64,000 bases of DNA from Kondoa subrosea. Its lineage: Eukaryota. The notes under the pieces are model-generated. The model did not search any database. It was not told where the DNA came from and saw nothing but the letters and a program-made list of their open reading frames with translations. The stretch's first letter is position 1, and the number at the start of each line of letters is the position of its first letter. Shown piece after piece: positions 11,808 through 24,307 of the stretch. The stretch lies in contig BCIN01000002.1 in NCBI GenBank assembly GCA_039545335.1, positions 434,001 to 498,000 on the forward strand, read 5' to 3'. The position numbers and the translations under genes were made by a program.

Positions 11808-13234
11808 ATGTCGAAACCACTAGTCGGTCCGGCTTCACCTCTAAACAGCTCGAAGCAGCTTATCTGATCACACGAATGCAGGCGTTATCGGCGGATCAGG
11901 CTTTTACAAACTCAACCTCAAGATCACCTCAACGATAGATGTAGCTAAAGAAGTCGCTGATTGGCCTTTTGGACCTACTTCTACACCAGTAAAGTGTGTC
12001 TCCATCCATTCCGCATTCATTCGCTTCTTCTTTTTCGCTCATTATTCGTAATACGTAAGTATCTGCGAACTTCGTAATGGCACTTCTATCGCTTTTATTG
12101 CACGACACGGCGTAGGACATCACATCGTCCGTCGTTCTTCTTGTTCAAACTGTTCTTCTTCTGATTTGACAGAGGAAAATAGACACCTAGCGAAGTTCCC
12201 TCGAAAGCCAATCTAGCAGCATTGAAATACGTAGGCTGTGAAGCTATCATTGCCTTCTCAGCAGTCGGTTCATTAAGAGAAGAAATCAAACCTAGAGATA
12301 TCGTCATTCCAGATCAAATCATTGATAGGACCAAAGGTATTCGACCATTTAGTTAGTATGTCTCTCTCTTGCCTTACATGCAAGGGATAGCGCTGATAGT
12401 AATATTGCGAACAGCTTTGGAGATGGAATAGTAGCGCATTGCATGTTTGGCGATCCATTTTCTCAAGAATTGTCAGCTATAGTCAAACCTCTGATCAAGA
12501 AAGCTGTCAGCGACAATCAGATTGAAGGTGTCGAATTACATTCAGAGAAGGTTGTAGTGTGTATGGAAGGACCGCAGGTACATTCTACTCTGGATTCAGC
12601 ATACGATGAATGCTGATCCGTAAGTGCTTGTACAGTTCTCCACTCGAGCGGAGAGCAAATGGTATAGGTCTATGGGAGGAGATATCATCAAGTAAGTCTA
12701 ATCACTTTTACCGACTTCATCGGTAAATGGTGTTGCGGTTTACAGCATGTCTGTACTGCCTGAAGCGAAACTAGCGAGAGAAGCCGAACTCAGGTATATC
12801 ATATTCTACGCTTTGCTCAGCTCTCTAAGTGCGCTTATCGTCTATTAGCTACGTCTTGATCTGCACTTCAACGGATTATGATGGTACTTTTCCGCTTTCT
12901 CTACTTTGGAATATTCACTGACTCTATGTAATCAGCATGGAGAGAATCAGACGAACCAGTCACAACAGCTGAAGTCATGGCTACTTTAGCTGCTAATTCA
13001 GAAGCGTCCAACAAGATCACTTTATCCATCTTACCTGAAATTCATGAACATGTCAAAGCTGGGAGATTGACGCAAGCTAAAGGAGGAATGGAATATGTAC
13101 GTTTACGGTCTTTGAGAGAGATTGCGATACGACTAATGTTGTGCTGGAATAAACAGAGCATCATGACACATAAAGATCTTTGGCCTGAAAAGCGGAAGAA
13201 GGAGTTGGCTTTCATTCTGCCTTACTTTCAGTAG
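11808..13234 (+). CDS. MEU1: S-methyl-5'-thioadenosine phosphorylase (MTAP), many exons
   Basis: [69 protein letters not shown]. Confidence 0.93.
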
Positions 13235-13322
13235 ATCATCTGTATTAGAGGAGTAGAGATTGCAATAGAGTCGACCTTCGAGATTTGACAAAGCGCGAAC
13301 CTTGCTCTTGACAACGAAACGT

Positions 13323-14176
13323 ATGCATATACCTGCTTGTACCTGTCGGCCTGCAGCACATCCAATCAAGAGACGTCGGAAGCGAGTCCTGCAGGCCTTT
13401 ACTCTGCTCCTCCTCGCGTAAGTCTCGCTCGAGTAATGTCAGATCAAACAATGTCTAAACCTCTAGCTCTGGTCAGAACGCTATGTACAGCTCAAGCTCA
13501 GCAGCAGCAGCAGCAGCAGCAACGCTTCAATTGTCAACCTATAGGACTCTGTGAACCTTGCGCACCCTCTTTAAGCTCAACTCCAGCTTGTTTGCCATTC
13601 GGGAATCGACAAGCTATACTCTGTACTGCTTTACAAGATTTACCCGCTAATTTGTCCTCTTCTACTTCTTCCCTCCATACTACTACTATACAACCTTCTG
13701 CTGCACCCTCTCTATCGACTGAAGAACAAGAGAAAGCTAAAGCTCTTTTAGATCTCAAAGGCGAATCCATACCTCTGTTCAGATCAAAAAGAAGGAAGAA
13801 GAAGAGGGATTGGATTTGGGAATCAGATGGAACGAATCCATTGAAAAGAGCTTTGAAATTGATGCAAGGGATAGAATGGGAATCGGTTAGAGTTGCGGAA
13901 GCTCAAGCTCAAGGTGTGAGTAGGAAAGATCAAACGTTTACTAGTTGGAGTCCTTGCGGGAAAGTAGTGCTCAAGGAAACGTCGGATTTTGGAGAGTTTG
14001 TGGTCAGTTTTCGCTTTCAAATAGGGTGCGATTTGTGCTGATGAGATGAACAGACGTGCAATCTGGTTTTTGCGCTGGTAGCGACTGGGCTGGTCTTCTT
14101 CAGGAGTAGACTATTGGCAGCACGGCAGTATCTGAAGCTGGTAGCAAGAATAGGCATACCGAGCGGATTAGTATGA
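13323..14176 (+). CDS. Cys-rich single-pass membrane protein (JTB-like)
   Basis: Hydrophobic leader, CQPIGLCEPC...CLPFGNRQAILC, WSPCGKVVLKETSDFGEFV|TCNLVFALVATGLVFFR TM segment, basic tail. Confidence 0.6.
13499..13522 (+). repeat. (CAG)7CAA microsatellite encoding polyQ
   Basis: Seen directly, in frame in the 13323-14176 gene. Confidence 0.9.
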
Positions 14177-14684
14177 TTCTGAATGCAATGCTCAAGCTTG
14201 AAGCCGTGCTCTGACAGATTGCTTTACCTTTATTTCTTCTCCTATCCATCTATCTACCCAATCTATTATGATTGTTTATGTTTCCCGACGAACTCTTGCT
14301 TTGTAGTTGTTCTGCTATCCTTCGCTCTTTTGTTGCTTCTGTTGGAAATCCACTATGCTAGTAGGTTACGGGATAGCACTGTTATGATGGCCTGATCGAC
14401 CGACAGCATCGACTTGCGTTCGAATCTAGTCAACTCTACTCAAAGAAGCACAGATTGCACTGTAACACAGGGCAAGGCAAGAGATAGAATGGATAACTGA
14501 ACTAGTACATTGTATCTTGAAGTCTATGGATAAATGTATGCTGCGCTAATCCTATACTAAAGTTCTTCCCAGCGTGTTCACGTAGAATTGCGGCCTTCCG
14601 GCAAGAGAACTGAGAGTTGAACCGGACATCGAAATCTTGCAAACCGTATAGGTGACCCAGGATGTTTCGCACAAGGACGAATGT

Positions 14685-15502
14685 TCCAGTCTTGAGAGCA
14701 ATTTCATATCAGCGTGTTTCGGGAGTAAACAGATAAGAACTTGATGCGGCAAGTCTTTCAACCTTGTGCGAATGACACGGTCCATTGTGCGGTACGGACA
14801 GCTGCTCGCAGTAGAACCGCAGCTGGCGTGACAACGCAAGGACACCACCTCTCAATCGAAGGAGAGCTGGTTTGATACTAGTTTTGTTGTCTGCCAATCT
14901 TGAGACCAAGTGCTCTAGCCAGCATGCCTTCGCAGTAAACAGGTAAGAACTTGATGCGACAAGTCTTGAAAATCTGAGCGAATTGACACGGTTCGTTGTG
15001 CAAGTCTGAACAGCTGCTCGCAGTAAAACCGCAGCTGACAGAACAAAGCGAGAACACCACTTCTTAATCGAAGGAGAGCTGGTTTGATACTGCTTTTGTC
15101 ATCTGCCAATCTTGAGACCAAGTCCTCTAGCCAGCATGCCTTCGCAGTAAACAGGTAAGAACTTGATGGAGCAAGTCTTGAAGACCTGAGCGAATTGACA
15201 CGGTCCATTGAACGCGTATGAACATCGGCTCACAGTAAAACTTCAGCTGACAAGAACAATGCGAGAACACCACTTTTTAATCGAAGGAGAGCTAGTTTGA
15301 CACTGGTTTGTTATCTGCCAATCTTGAGACCAAGTCCTCTAGCCAGCATGCCTTCGCAGTAAACAGGTAAGAACTTGATGCAGCAAGTCTTGAACACCTG
15401 AGCGAATTGACACGGCTCATTGTACGCGTATAGACAATGCTCGCGGTAGAACCGGAGCTTACAGAAGAACGCGAGAACACCACTTCTTAATCGAAGGAGA
15501 GC
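14685..15502. repeat. Tandem array of ~4 units, period 210-213 bp, apparently non-coding
   Basis: TCGAAGGAGAGC recurs at 14856, 15068, 15281 and 15491. CAG(G/A)TAAGAACTTGATG recurs at 14730, 14940, 15152 and 15364. The leftmost unit is the most diverged. Confidence 0.95.
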
Positions 15503-17730
15503 CGAGAAAAAGACTTGGTTGAGGAAAGAGGAGCAGCCCTTTTCTTCACGTTGAATTGATGCCACAAAGGAGGTCGACGCTTTTGGAAAGTGCCTGCAGA
15601 CTACCCAAACATTTATCGTCCGATCTTTTGTAAGACGTGTATCGAGGTCATTTGAAAGCGCATGAAATTGCGGCGTAGTGCATTCGATAGCTCCAGTGCC
15701 GGCGGTTGTAATGAAGCGCGACAAGCTGAACTACTTTCTGGCTCAAGAGGAATGGCAACAAGAGCTTATATTTGCCGATCGGGAGCCGCAAAGCACAGGA
15801 ATGCTTGGTAGATCACTAAGATCTCAGTGCTGGAACTTCCTCAGCAGCTCCATATAATTGTGGCCTTCTGCCCTTGACCTCACTGTCATCCATAGACCAA
15901 AAAACTATGCGGTTGATGTTCAAATGCCTAGCTAGCTTGTTTGATTTCAGTACAGAATAGCCGAGTTTATGTCCGTTGACGCTAAGGAGCTCCAATACAG
16001 TGTGTACGTTCGACTGTCCGCCTCACAGGCAGCACATGTCTCTTTCCTTGCTGCACGGCTTTGCAAGGTCTCGGTTTGTGAAGCTGCGCGCATCATATCA
16101 GAGCAGAGGTATCTTGAGCTTGGCACGGAGCTGTACTAGCTGTCTCCCTGGCTAATGACCAATTAGCAGGCTAAGCTAGTGGCCGCTTCGACTCAAGAAA
16201 GTTGAAATTTGCGAAGGACTTGCCTGGCTTCTGTCATATCCCATAACGCGTCCGGAGGTACTATTGAAGGCTCTGCTATTGTATTTGCTTGCATGTCAGC
16301 GGCTTCAATGCTTCTTTTACATTTCCTCCGTGTTCACCATGGCGCGATGCTACTTTGCCTTTGCCTCAATGCTACTTCTTCCCCCTCTCGCTGCTCATCG
16401 ACTACACCTCTTCCTTCATGATCTTCTTCTGCTTCTTAATCATGATTCGCCGCGAGCTTCAGAAAACGCTCCATGTCTCTCTTTGGTCCTGCTACCTGCT
16501 GGTTTCAGCAGCTTGCAATGGCAGTATCAACGAGACACCTGGAAAATCACAGTATCCCAATCCGTAATCACCTCGTACTGGAAGCGGGAGGAGGACGGTA
16601 AAGATGATCAGCGGAAGATTTCGTTGGAAATGCTCTGACAATCAGGGCCGAAGGTTCCGAAAATGTTGTAGCTGTTTCAATAGAGATCAATAGAGATCTC
16701 AGTAGTATCGGTCGCAGCCAAACGACAGCGTGGAGAAAATGCTCTGAATAAGCATTAGGCGAGCAGAGATAATACTGGGTCAACAGACTGACTATTGAAA
16801 TGACCTAGGTGTGCTACTGTGAGCTTAGATGAGCTGATCATCTAGAGCATGATGCATGATCCTGATAGGATTTAGTCAGTACGTAGAAGATGTAAGCAAT
16901 CGCATGGCGGAGAACAACTTTTGCTTTAGGCTGAGAAAGGATGATGCACTCGTAGTGAAGATAATCGCAAGACAAAAAAGAAAGCGAAGAGGATGGATTA
17001 GATCTCTTCACTTCGGGTTTGAGAAGGAGACGAGCAAATCAGGCGAGATTTGGAAACCAGTCGATCTTGAGAAAGAGCGAATCCGGACAACGAACGGGTT
17101 CGTACAGCAATAGGCCAATCTGACCATGGGTAGATGCGCAAGGTAAGCGCGAAGACTTGCCCTGCGCATGATAGGCAGCAATGAGGTAGCAGAAGAGAAT
17201 TCAAGCACATGCAAGGAAAGGACCGATCAAGTGAAGACAACAGCAGCTTCAGTGACTACCGGAAGCAGAGAAATACACATAGTACGAAACACTTCAGTAG
17301 ATCATTGAATACCAGAGCTGGAAATCAAGCATTTATATATTCTGACTTTTGCGAAAGAAGATCAATACCTCTGGATCTGACATCTGGCCTAGCATATCGT
17401 ATCGGTTATAGTAATGCATCAGAGTATCTCTTCCGGACTTTGCACTTCGTGCATGACGTGATTGGACAACGTGGTCCTCGAAATGCATTGTCCAGAATGC
17501 CAGATGTCAGGAAATTTGCAGGACTAGGAAGTGCTCTAGGCATGTAAGGTGATGCTAATCCGGCACACTTCGGTTTGGAGTCAGACAAGTTTGTATCAGC
17601 TCAACCTTTCTTGTTTGCAAACCATTCGAGAAAATGACAGAAGCTAATACCCAAGCCAACTCAGGCAAGACTACACCAGGCGGTCTGTCAGTGATCCTTT
17701 GTCTGCAAGGCGCAGAGCCAGGGCTGAGTC

Positions 17731-18753
17731 ATGATGGACGAGAGCAGACATTCTATTCCGGATCCTATTCTCTACTCTTTCGACTCAAGCGACGCGCTAT
17801 CTGAAGCTTTAGCTCAATTCGTAGTCAAAACTCAAGATGAGACTTTGAGCAAAAGGGATTCTTTCAAAGTTGCTGTTTCTGGAGGCAGCTTGCCAAAATT
17901 GTTAGGTCAGCATTTAACAGGCCGTGATGGGTTGAAATGGGACAAGTGGTCAGTACACACCCGCCGTAAGATAGACCAAGTCATTGATAAGGGTATTCGA
18001 CACAGGGAAGTCTTCTTTGCGGACGAACGAATCGTTCCTTTGGATCATGAAGACTCAAACTATCGACTAGTCAAGGAATACTTGCTTGATAAAGTCTCGA
18101 TACCAGAAGAAGCTATTCATACTATCAACCCTGAGCTATTGAACGATCCAGAAGCGGCAGCAGATGATTACGAACAGCAACTCATGTCGACTTTCGTTGG
18201 CAAGAACTCTGTTGCTTTCCCTAAATTCGATCTCCTCTTACTAGGCATGGGTCCAGATGGTGCGTTGCTTCTATTGCGTAGTATTTGTGAAGAATGCTAA
18301 TCTATTTGAAACAGGTCACACCTGTTCTCTTTTCCCTGGCCATCCTTTACTTAAAGAAGATCTGCGATGGGTTTCATACATTGATGATTCTCCTAAGCCT
18401 CCTTCAACCAGAATAGTGAGTCTAGCCTTCACAATGCACCTTGTGCTCAAATTGAATGCTCTTGCTCACAGACGCTCACCTACCCCGTCCTCAATCACGC
18501 CCATCGAGCAGTCTTTGTCGTCTCAGGTTCATCCAAACAACCTTTACTCTCCAAAGTTTTCGATGACCGACATGGAGAAGGTGCAAACTTGCCTTGCGCA
18601 AGAGTAAAACCGGTCAACCCTGGCAGAGTGTTTTGGTTCACTGATAAAGAAGCTTCTGGTCATTTGGGCTACAAGAAAACGACTTTCGATCCTACTGCGG
18701 AAACGGTACCCAGTTTGAAAGATAGCGCTGCTGCGGGTTCTATCAAGCTGTGA
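17731..18753 (+). CDS. 6-phosphogluconolactonase (Sol/PGLS family)
   Basis: [65 protein letters not shown]. Confidence 0.93.
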
Positions 18754-19400
18754 GAAAGATTGATGATAGAAGAGAAAGAGATTGGATATTACAGAGAGAA
18801 GAAAGGCAGTAGAAATTAAAAGCACAAGAGTACTGCTCGATGTCAGATCCGACGAACGGAAGGCGAAGGAGAGAGTCAAAAGTTCCTGCCGCAAAATTTC
18901 AAACGAATCATAATTGTACTTAGAGTTTCCGCTTTGTCAGTCACTGCAGTGTCGTAGTGAGCTTCTCGCAGGCCGTTGCAGACAGTACCCTGAATTTGAC
19001 AAAATCAGATTGATTTTCCTCGAAATCTTCTTGCGAGTGAAGCTTTTCCTTTCGTGATAAGTTTCATTCATAGACTTCTGCTATGGGACTTCTTCTCCTC
19101 AGACAGATAGTCTTATGTCGTCACACTATCCTGTCCACTTAGACTTTTGCTGTCAAGCCATCTTCGATTGTTGAAAGATGGCACGAGTTGCGATTGCAAG
19201 AAGGCTTACTAGCGAGCCATGCAGATTTCAGTATAAGGCCTTTCCACCCTCTCTTCTTCCCTCTCTTTTTGTCATTCACTTGTGTCTCAATACCTTTTTG
19301 TGTTTTCACCTTTACAAGTCTGGTACTTGAAAGCCTTGCTTACCCTTCGCATTACACTGCAACCCTTTCATTACTACATTTATATACACAATAAAACACA

Positions 19401-20400
19401 ATGGCCCATTTCAACTACCTCATCTGCTTCGCTGCACTACTCTTTGTCTGCAATCAGCAAGTCGAAGCTTTACCTGCCCGCCGGTTCGGACCAGTTGTCA
19501 ACGCTCGATCTTCCAACTTCCGTCGTTTCAACGCACCCCGTAACCCAATCATTCCTGGGTTCCATCATTCCACCGAAAAGCGGTCAGAAAATGAACCACC
19601 TATCAACCCAAAATTCGCCAAACGTTCTTCTGCTTCGACATACAAACCGGTGGTACCTAGACAGAGACACGTTAGAAGACAAGCAACCGGTCAAGCACCT
19701 TGCAGAAATGGTGATGTTCCTTCAGCAGTAATGAAAGTCAAGAGGGATTCAGGAATGCAGGACGCTCCTGCTATCTATGCAGCAAATTTACCTCCTTCAC
19801 CTACTACTGGTCTTTGGGCAACCGCTACTGCCAACCCAAACATTCAATCAGTCCTCGAAGCTATTGAACGTATCAATAGCATGGCCAAGACTTTAAATGG
19901 TGGCGTGCATACGGAAGGGAAAAGACAATTGGTTGATGGTGAAACGGTCGATTCTAACGCTGACAACTTCATTCCAACGTAAGTAATTACTTTTCTCGCT
20001 TCATACGAAAGCTGACTCTTTCTCAAACAGAACTACTACTCCTTCATTGGAAGGTGCAATTGTTCACACTATGACTCAAGTCGAAACTCTCTTACCAACA
20101 ACCATCACTTTACCTCAACTTGATCAGAACGGCTATCCAATAGGTCCAGCAACTACCGTAGTTCTTTATGCTCCAGTCAACAATATTCCTCAAATAACTG
20201 GTGCACCACAACAAGACTCTCAAGCTACTCCTACTTCAACCTTTACCGAATCTAGTTCCGCACCATCAGCAGAACCAACGGATGATGTTACAACTACTCT
20301 ACCGAACGAAGACCAACCGGCTCAAGTGGATGTCCCTGGTGGAAACCCAACAGTCGAAACCGATACTGCTTCAGATGAATCTGGTGAAGTGTCTGCCTGA
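19401..20400 (+). CDS. Secreted protein with multiple dibasic (KR/RR) sites and a Thr/Pro/acidic tail, 2 exons
   Basis: Signal peptide MAHFNYLICFAALLFVCNQQVEA. Intron 19979-20030 joins the two ORFs in frame. Confidence 0.7.
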
Positions 20401-20695
20401 AACATCAAGCAAAAGAGAAAGAGGGTTCTGCGCATAATGAGGGTTATGAGGGGTTGAGAAGATGAATTTGTAAAATAAGCATCAGAATAATCGTTATCCA
20501 ATTGCATACTAGATTAGCATTCATCACGTCCTTGAATTGTAACTTGTTCCTCTTATTGAGTCTGTATGCACTAGATGAAAGCGTTTCGCTAACGATGTTG
20601 GTTCCGATGTGGAAAGATATGCTAATGCTTCATGCTGGCCAGCAGCGATTACAAACGAAAATGAGTACAGTAGATCCTAATCTTCTCACCCTACG

Positions 20696-21766
20696 CTACG
20701 GCTTACATCCCTTTCGATGCTTGCGAGATCTTCCTGTTGCTTTAATTCCAGCACTGGATGGAGTTGCTTGAGGTTGTGTATTGTTTGCTGCAGTTGATCC
20801 CGGAGTAATCAGTTGATTCGAAAGAGAAACGGAAGACATTGCTTGTTGAGGGGACAAGAATTCGGTACGGTTGAATTTGGCTGTTAGAGAATCGTCAAAG
20901 ACGAAGTCCATGCAATTCTTGATTGACAAAGAATTAGCTCAGTGCATACATTTGATGATATATACTGTACTCACTGCATAGTGTTGTTCCAAGCTATCTG
21001 GGCTTCCGTCCCAATCTACTGATACATTAGCGTGAGCCGGAATCTAGCCGTCTTTTAAAGCTTACAGAATTGCAAGACGCAACGATTAATCTCTTTACAT
21101 TGCTCTGGAACATCATTTGGGATAGTAATGCTCCAAGCAGTCTGATCTGCGGGAGGGTTAACGATATCTTCGCCAAATTGCGGCCAAGTCCTCAAAGGCT
21201 TGCCCAAGATTTGATCGGTTTGCAAATCGACCTGATAGGTGCTCGGTGAGAATTGACTTGTAAGTATCGAACACAAGGCTTACAATAGAATGATTAGCAA
21301 AACCAGTATGGTTTGCGCCAAATTTCCAAGTAATAGGGATTTCATCGCCGCTAGTAAATTTGTAGACCTGACTGTACGATGCATTGTTGCTGTCTTCATA
21401 GGAATAGCTGCGGCATTGAAAAGCGTCTATATAATCAGAGTCAGACCGAGTTTCCGCGGAACTTTGAGTCGTACGTACGACAGGCATCTAGATCTTTGAC
21501 TCGTCTCTCGTAAGCGTTGGGTACAAGCCAAGTGTTCTTTATAGGTGCCATGGGATTAATCATATCTGGCGACCTGTACAGCAGCAAAATTAGACTATGA
21601 TCAGAGACGAGTTTCTAGCTTACCAGTGATCTATGCCATCGATGGAAGTGCAGCGTTGAAGGACGCTAGGCCCATATTGTCTGATCTTGTGGCTGGTAAT
21701 GACACCGTGGGAGAAGACAGACGGCACAGCCGTGAAAAGCACAGAGGCGAGAAGGAATGGATGCAT
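20696..21766 (-). CDS. Secreted N-terminal-His LPMO-like (chitin-binding type 4 / AA10-11-like) protein
   Basis: 19-aa signal, then HGVITS; ANHTGFANHSIVD, WSITIP, CVLQFYW, EQHYA|NCMDF. Confidence 0.72.
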
Positions 21767-21812
21767 TGGGTATAAGAAATGAAACGAGTGACAGATAGAG
21801 AGAAAGATACAC

Positions 21813-21850
21813 AGAGAGAGAGAGAGAGAGGGAGAGAGAGAAGAGAGAGA
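21813..21850. repeat. Imperfect (GA)n microsatellite in the 5' region of the LPMO-like gene
   Basis: Seen directly. Confidence 0.9.
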
Positions 21851-22434
21851 TTCGAAGAGGACACTCCGCGCAATGCAAGAACCGAACAAGGCTTCTATCC
21901 ATTGTTGTCAAGGCTTTGAAACAGAATACAGTACAACTTGTCTCTCCGTAGAGCAAGCGAAGTTCAAGCAGACCTATCATAGCTGCTTGCGCTGTCGCCA
22001 GCTCTAGCCTCTTAGAAAAGCATTCCAACGCAGATTGTCCAATTCAACGTTATTATTGTCTTCTTGTTGTCGACGTCGAAGCCTTTGTGTTACATTGCCT
22101 CCCAGTATTGCATCTGTCACGTTTGCGGCGCTGCGCTGTCCTCGATTCGTCCAGTCTTCTGGCCTCATGGCTGTATTCTCCTATCATATCAGGCGGTGTC
22201 CTTTCGAATTCCTCCCGGAAAGGCTTAGCAGCAGAGTCTCGTTTACTCGCTTAGTCTCACTGTTTCAGAGCAGACTCGCTCCCCTTTGTGTAGTTCTCCC
22301 CTAGTAGCGCCTAATTTTAGCTTCTAAATGGAAGGTTACCCATGGCATGCATGCAAGGCTCGGTTCCGGTCGCTTCCTCTTTCTGTATATAATCGTAGCA
22401 CTGCTCTTATCCTAAACCATACTCGTACATAACC

Positions 22435-23852
22435 ATGGCAGAAGGCAAGCATTTCAAGCTCGCATGTAATATCGAGATCTGACCCTTGACAAAGGAACGC
22501 TCTACCATTATTACCCTAGCAAGGCGCTATGCATTGTCTTCGCTGCTATCTGGCTCTTATCAGGCGCTCTTCACCTTTATCAGAATTTCCATTATAACGC
22601 TCATCACATGACGCGCTTGACAACTTGGGCTGCAACCCTGCTTTGCGCTGGTTGTGAGTTCCGCTCTTTCAACAAGTTTGCCTTCTCTGATATCTATCAA
22701 CAGATGCTACCAGAGCTGCTGGAGCTTATCTGCCAGATAATCTTGGCATTTATATTGGTCAGTATTCTGAAATGATCTCGAATGCGAACCTGGACTAATC
22801 CCTTGCATACAGCAAGCGCTGTCTTATTGCAAATTGGAGCTCCTGTCTTTGTCCTCGTCAATTACATGACCTCAAGCCGTCTGTTCTTCTACATCCCTCA
22901 CTTGGCACCTCTGAATCCTGGCATGATCCGTAAGTTTGCTATTCTAAACCAGGTGCTATGATGCAAACACTGATCTCCTGACAGTCAAAGTCTTTGTTGG
23001 TCTCGACAGCATTGTAGGAATTCTGATCATTCAAGGCGTTGCCAGAGTAAGTAGCGAAAAGATTGGCCTGCGGGTTGAAAATTGCTCATGTGTATTCAAG
23101 TCAGCTAATGTCGGATCCTCGGTGGACAACATCAAACTTGGTGCTACACTTATTATATCCGGCTTAATTCTACAAATCGCCCTAGCTGTAATCTTCGCTG
23201 GTCTTTTGGTGACATTTCATATCCGTTGCAGTCGAAAGAAGCTGGTCACTGGCAACATCCTTCTGGTCCTCTTGCTCAACTACACGACTATCTTTCTTTT
23301 GGTCGCGCGGCTGGTCTACCGGACCATTGAATCTTTCGAAACTCGCAACAGAGTTGGTAAGGTGAACGCGGACTGGTCTGTATGTCTTGAATCATATGCA
23401 ATGCGACTGAATACTGACATGTTTGGTTCAGGGATCGTTGTCTGCTAGTCAAGTCGCTTTCTGGATCATGGAAGGCGTTCTCGTGTTGAGCATTAGTGTA
23501 TGTCTATTTCATGTTTGTCTGAGTGAAGAAGTCTGATTGAGTTTACAGATCATGTTCCATGTCCTTCACCCTGGTCGACTTCTACCTCGAAACAGGTATA
23601 CTTATTTAGCAGAAGATGGTGTTACGGAATTGCAGCACCGTTAGTTGTACCTCCTTTCTTTTTGTGCTTGTTCTAATCTCGCTATACACTTTAGCTAAGA
23701 CTGTCGAGAAACGTAAGCCTATAGCACGCATTCTTTTTGGCATCGTGGATCGAATGCGAGGCACTCATCAACCTCGAAATGTCGCATCTTGGCAGGCAAG
23801 TGAGGGAGCTGCGATGACAGAAACAAGAGCGAGGAGAGAAGAAACCGTGTGA
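22435..23852 (+). CDS. RTA1-like 7-TM protein
   Basis: MAEG|TLYHYYPSKALCIVFAAIW, NYMTSSRLFFYIP, GLILQI, RLVYRTIE, FHVLHPGRLLP, YLAEDGVTE. Confidence 0.85.
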
Positions 23853-24307
23853 CAGTTCGATCGACGTGGACACTTATTAGCAACATGCATAACATTTCCA
23901 AAGACATTATCGGACCCTATCAATTTTTTGCAGCCTTCCTTTTTAGAGCTGCGTTATCGATGATACTCGCGATCGTACTATCCGCCTTTAGCCCACCTCT
24001 CAGATCCTCGGTCGGAGAAATGGAAGAAATCGAATGTCTTCCCTTGAACGATGTTTTCGGAAAGTCTGATACGCTTTCTATCCTTTCAATTTGTGCGAGC
24101 TGCTCATCTCTTCTGCGCTCATTGGCAGGTCACGAGTCGCTGTAAGTTCGCTCAGGGGTTTTCAGCCGTAGCCTTCCAACGAATTTGCATGAGTGCAATT
24201 ACAACGTCGCAATCTATGGTGGCAGAGGCGTCGATTGATTTAGAGCGACAGCCGATCTTTTTTATCCTCTTCTTTTTCCTCCTTTTTTCCTCGTTCATAT
24301 ATCAATC

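Noticed and set aside
14685..15502. CRISPR-like, hammerhead, U1 snRNA or repeat-protein reading of the array
   Set aside because: The variable segments are homologous to each other rather than unique spacers, and there are no cas genes. No CUGANGA/GAAA hammerhead core was found. CTTACCTG is present but the U1 loops and Sm site are not. Frames shift between units even after removing the candidate minus-strand intron (exon 146 nt).
16264..16638. 124-aa plus-strand ORF
   Set aside because: Leu-rich translation of a pyrimidine tract with no family features.
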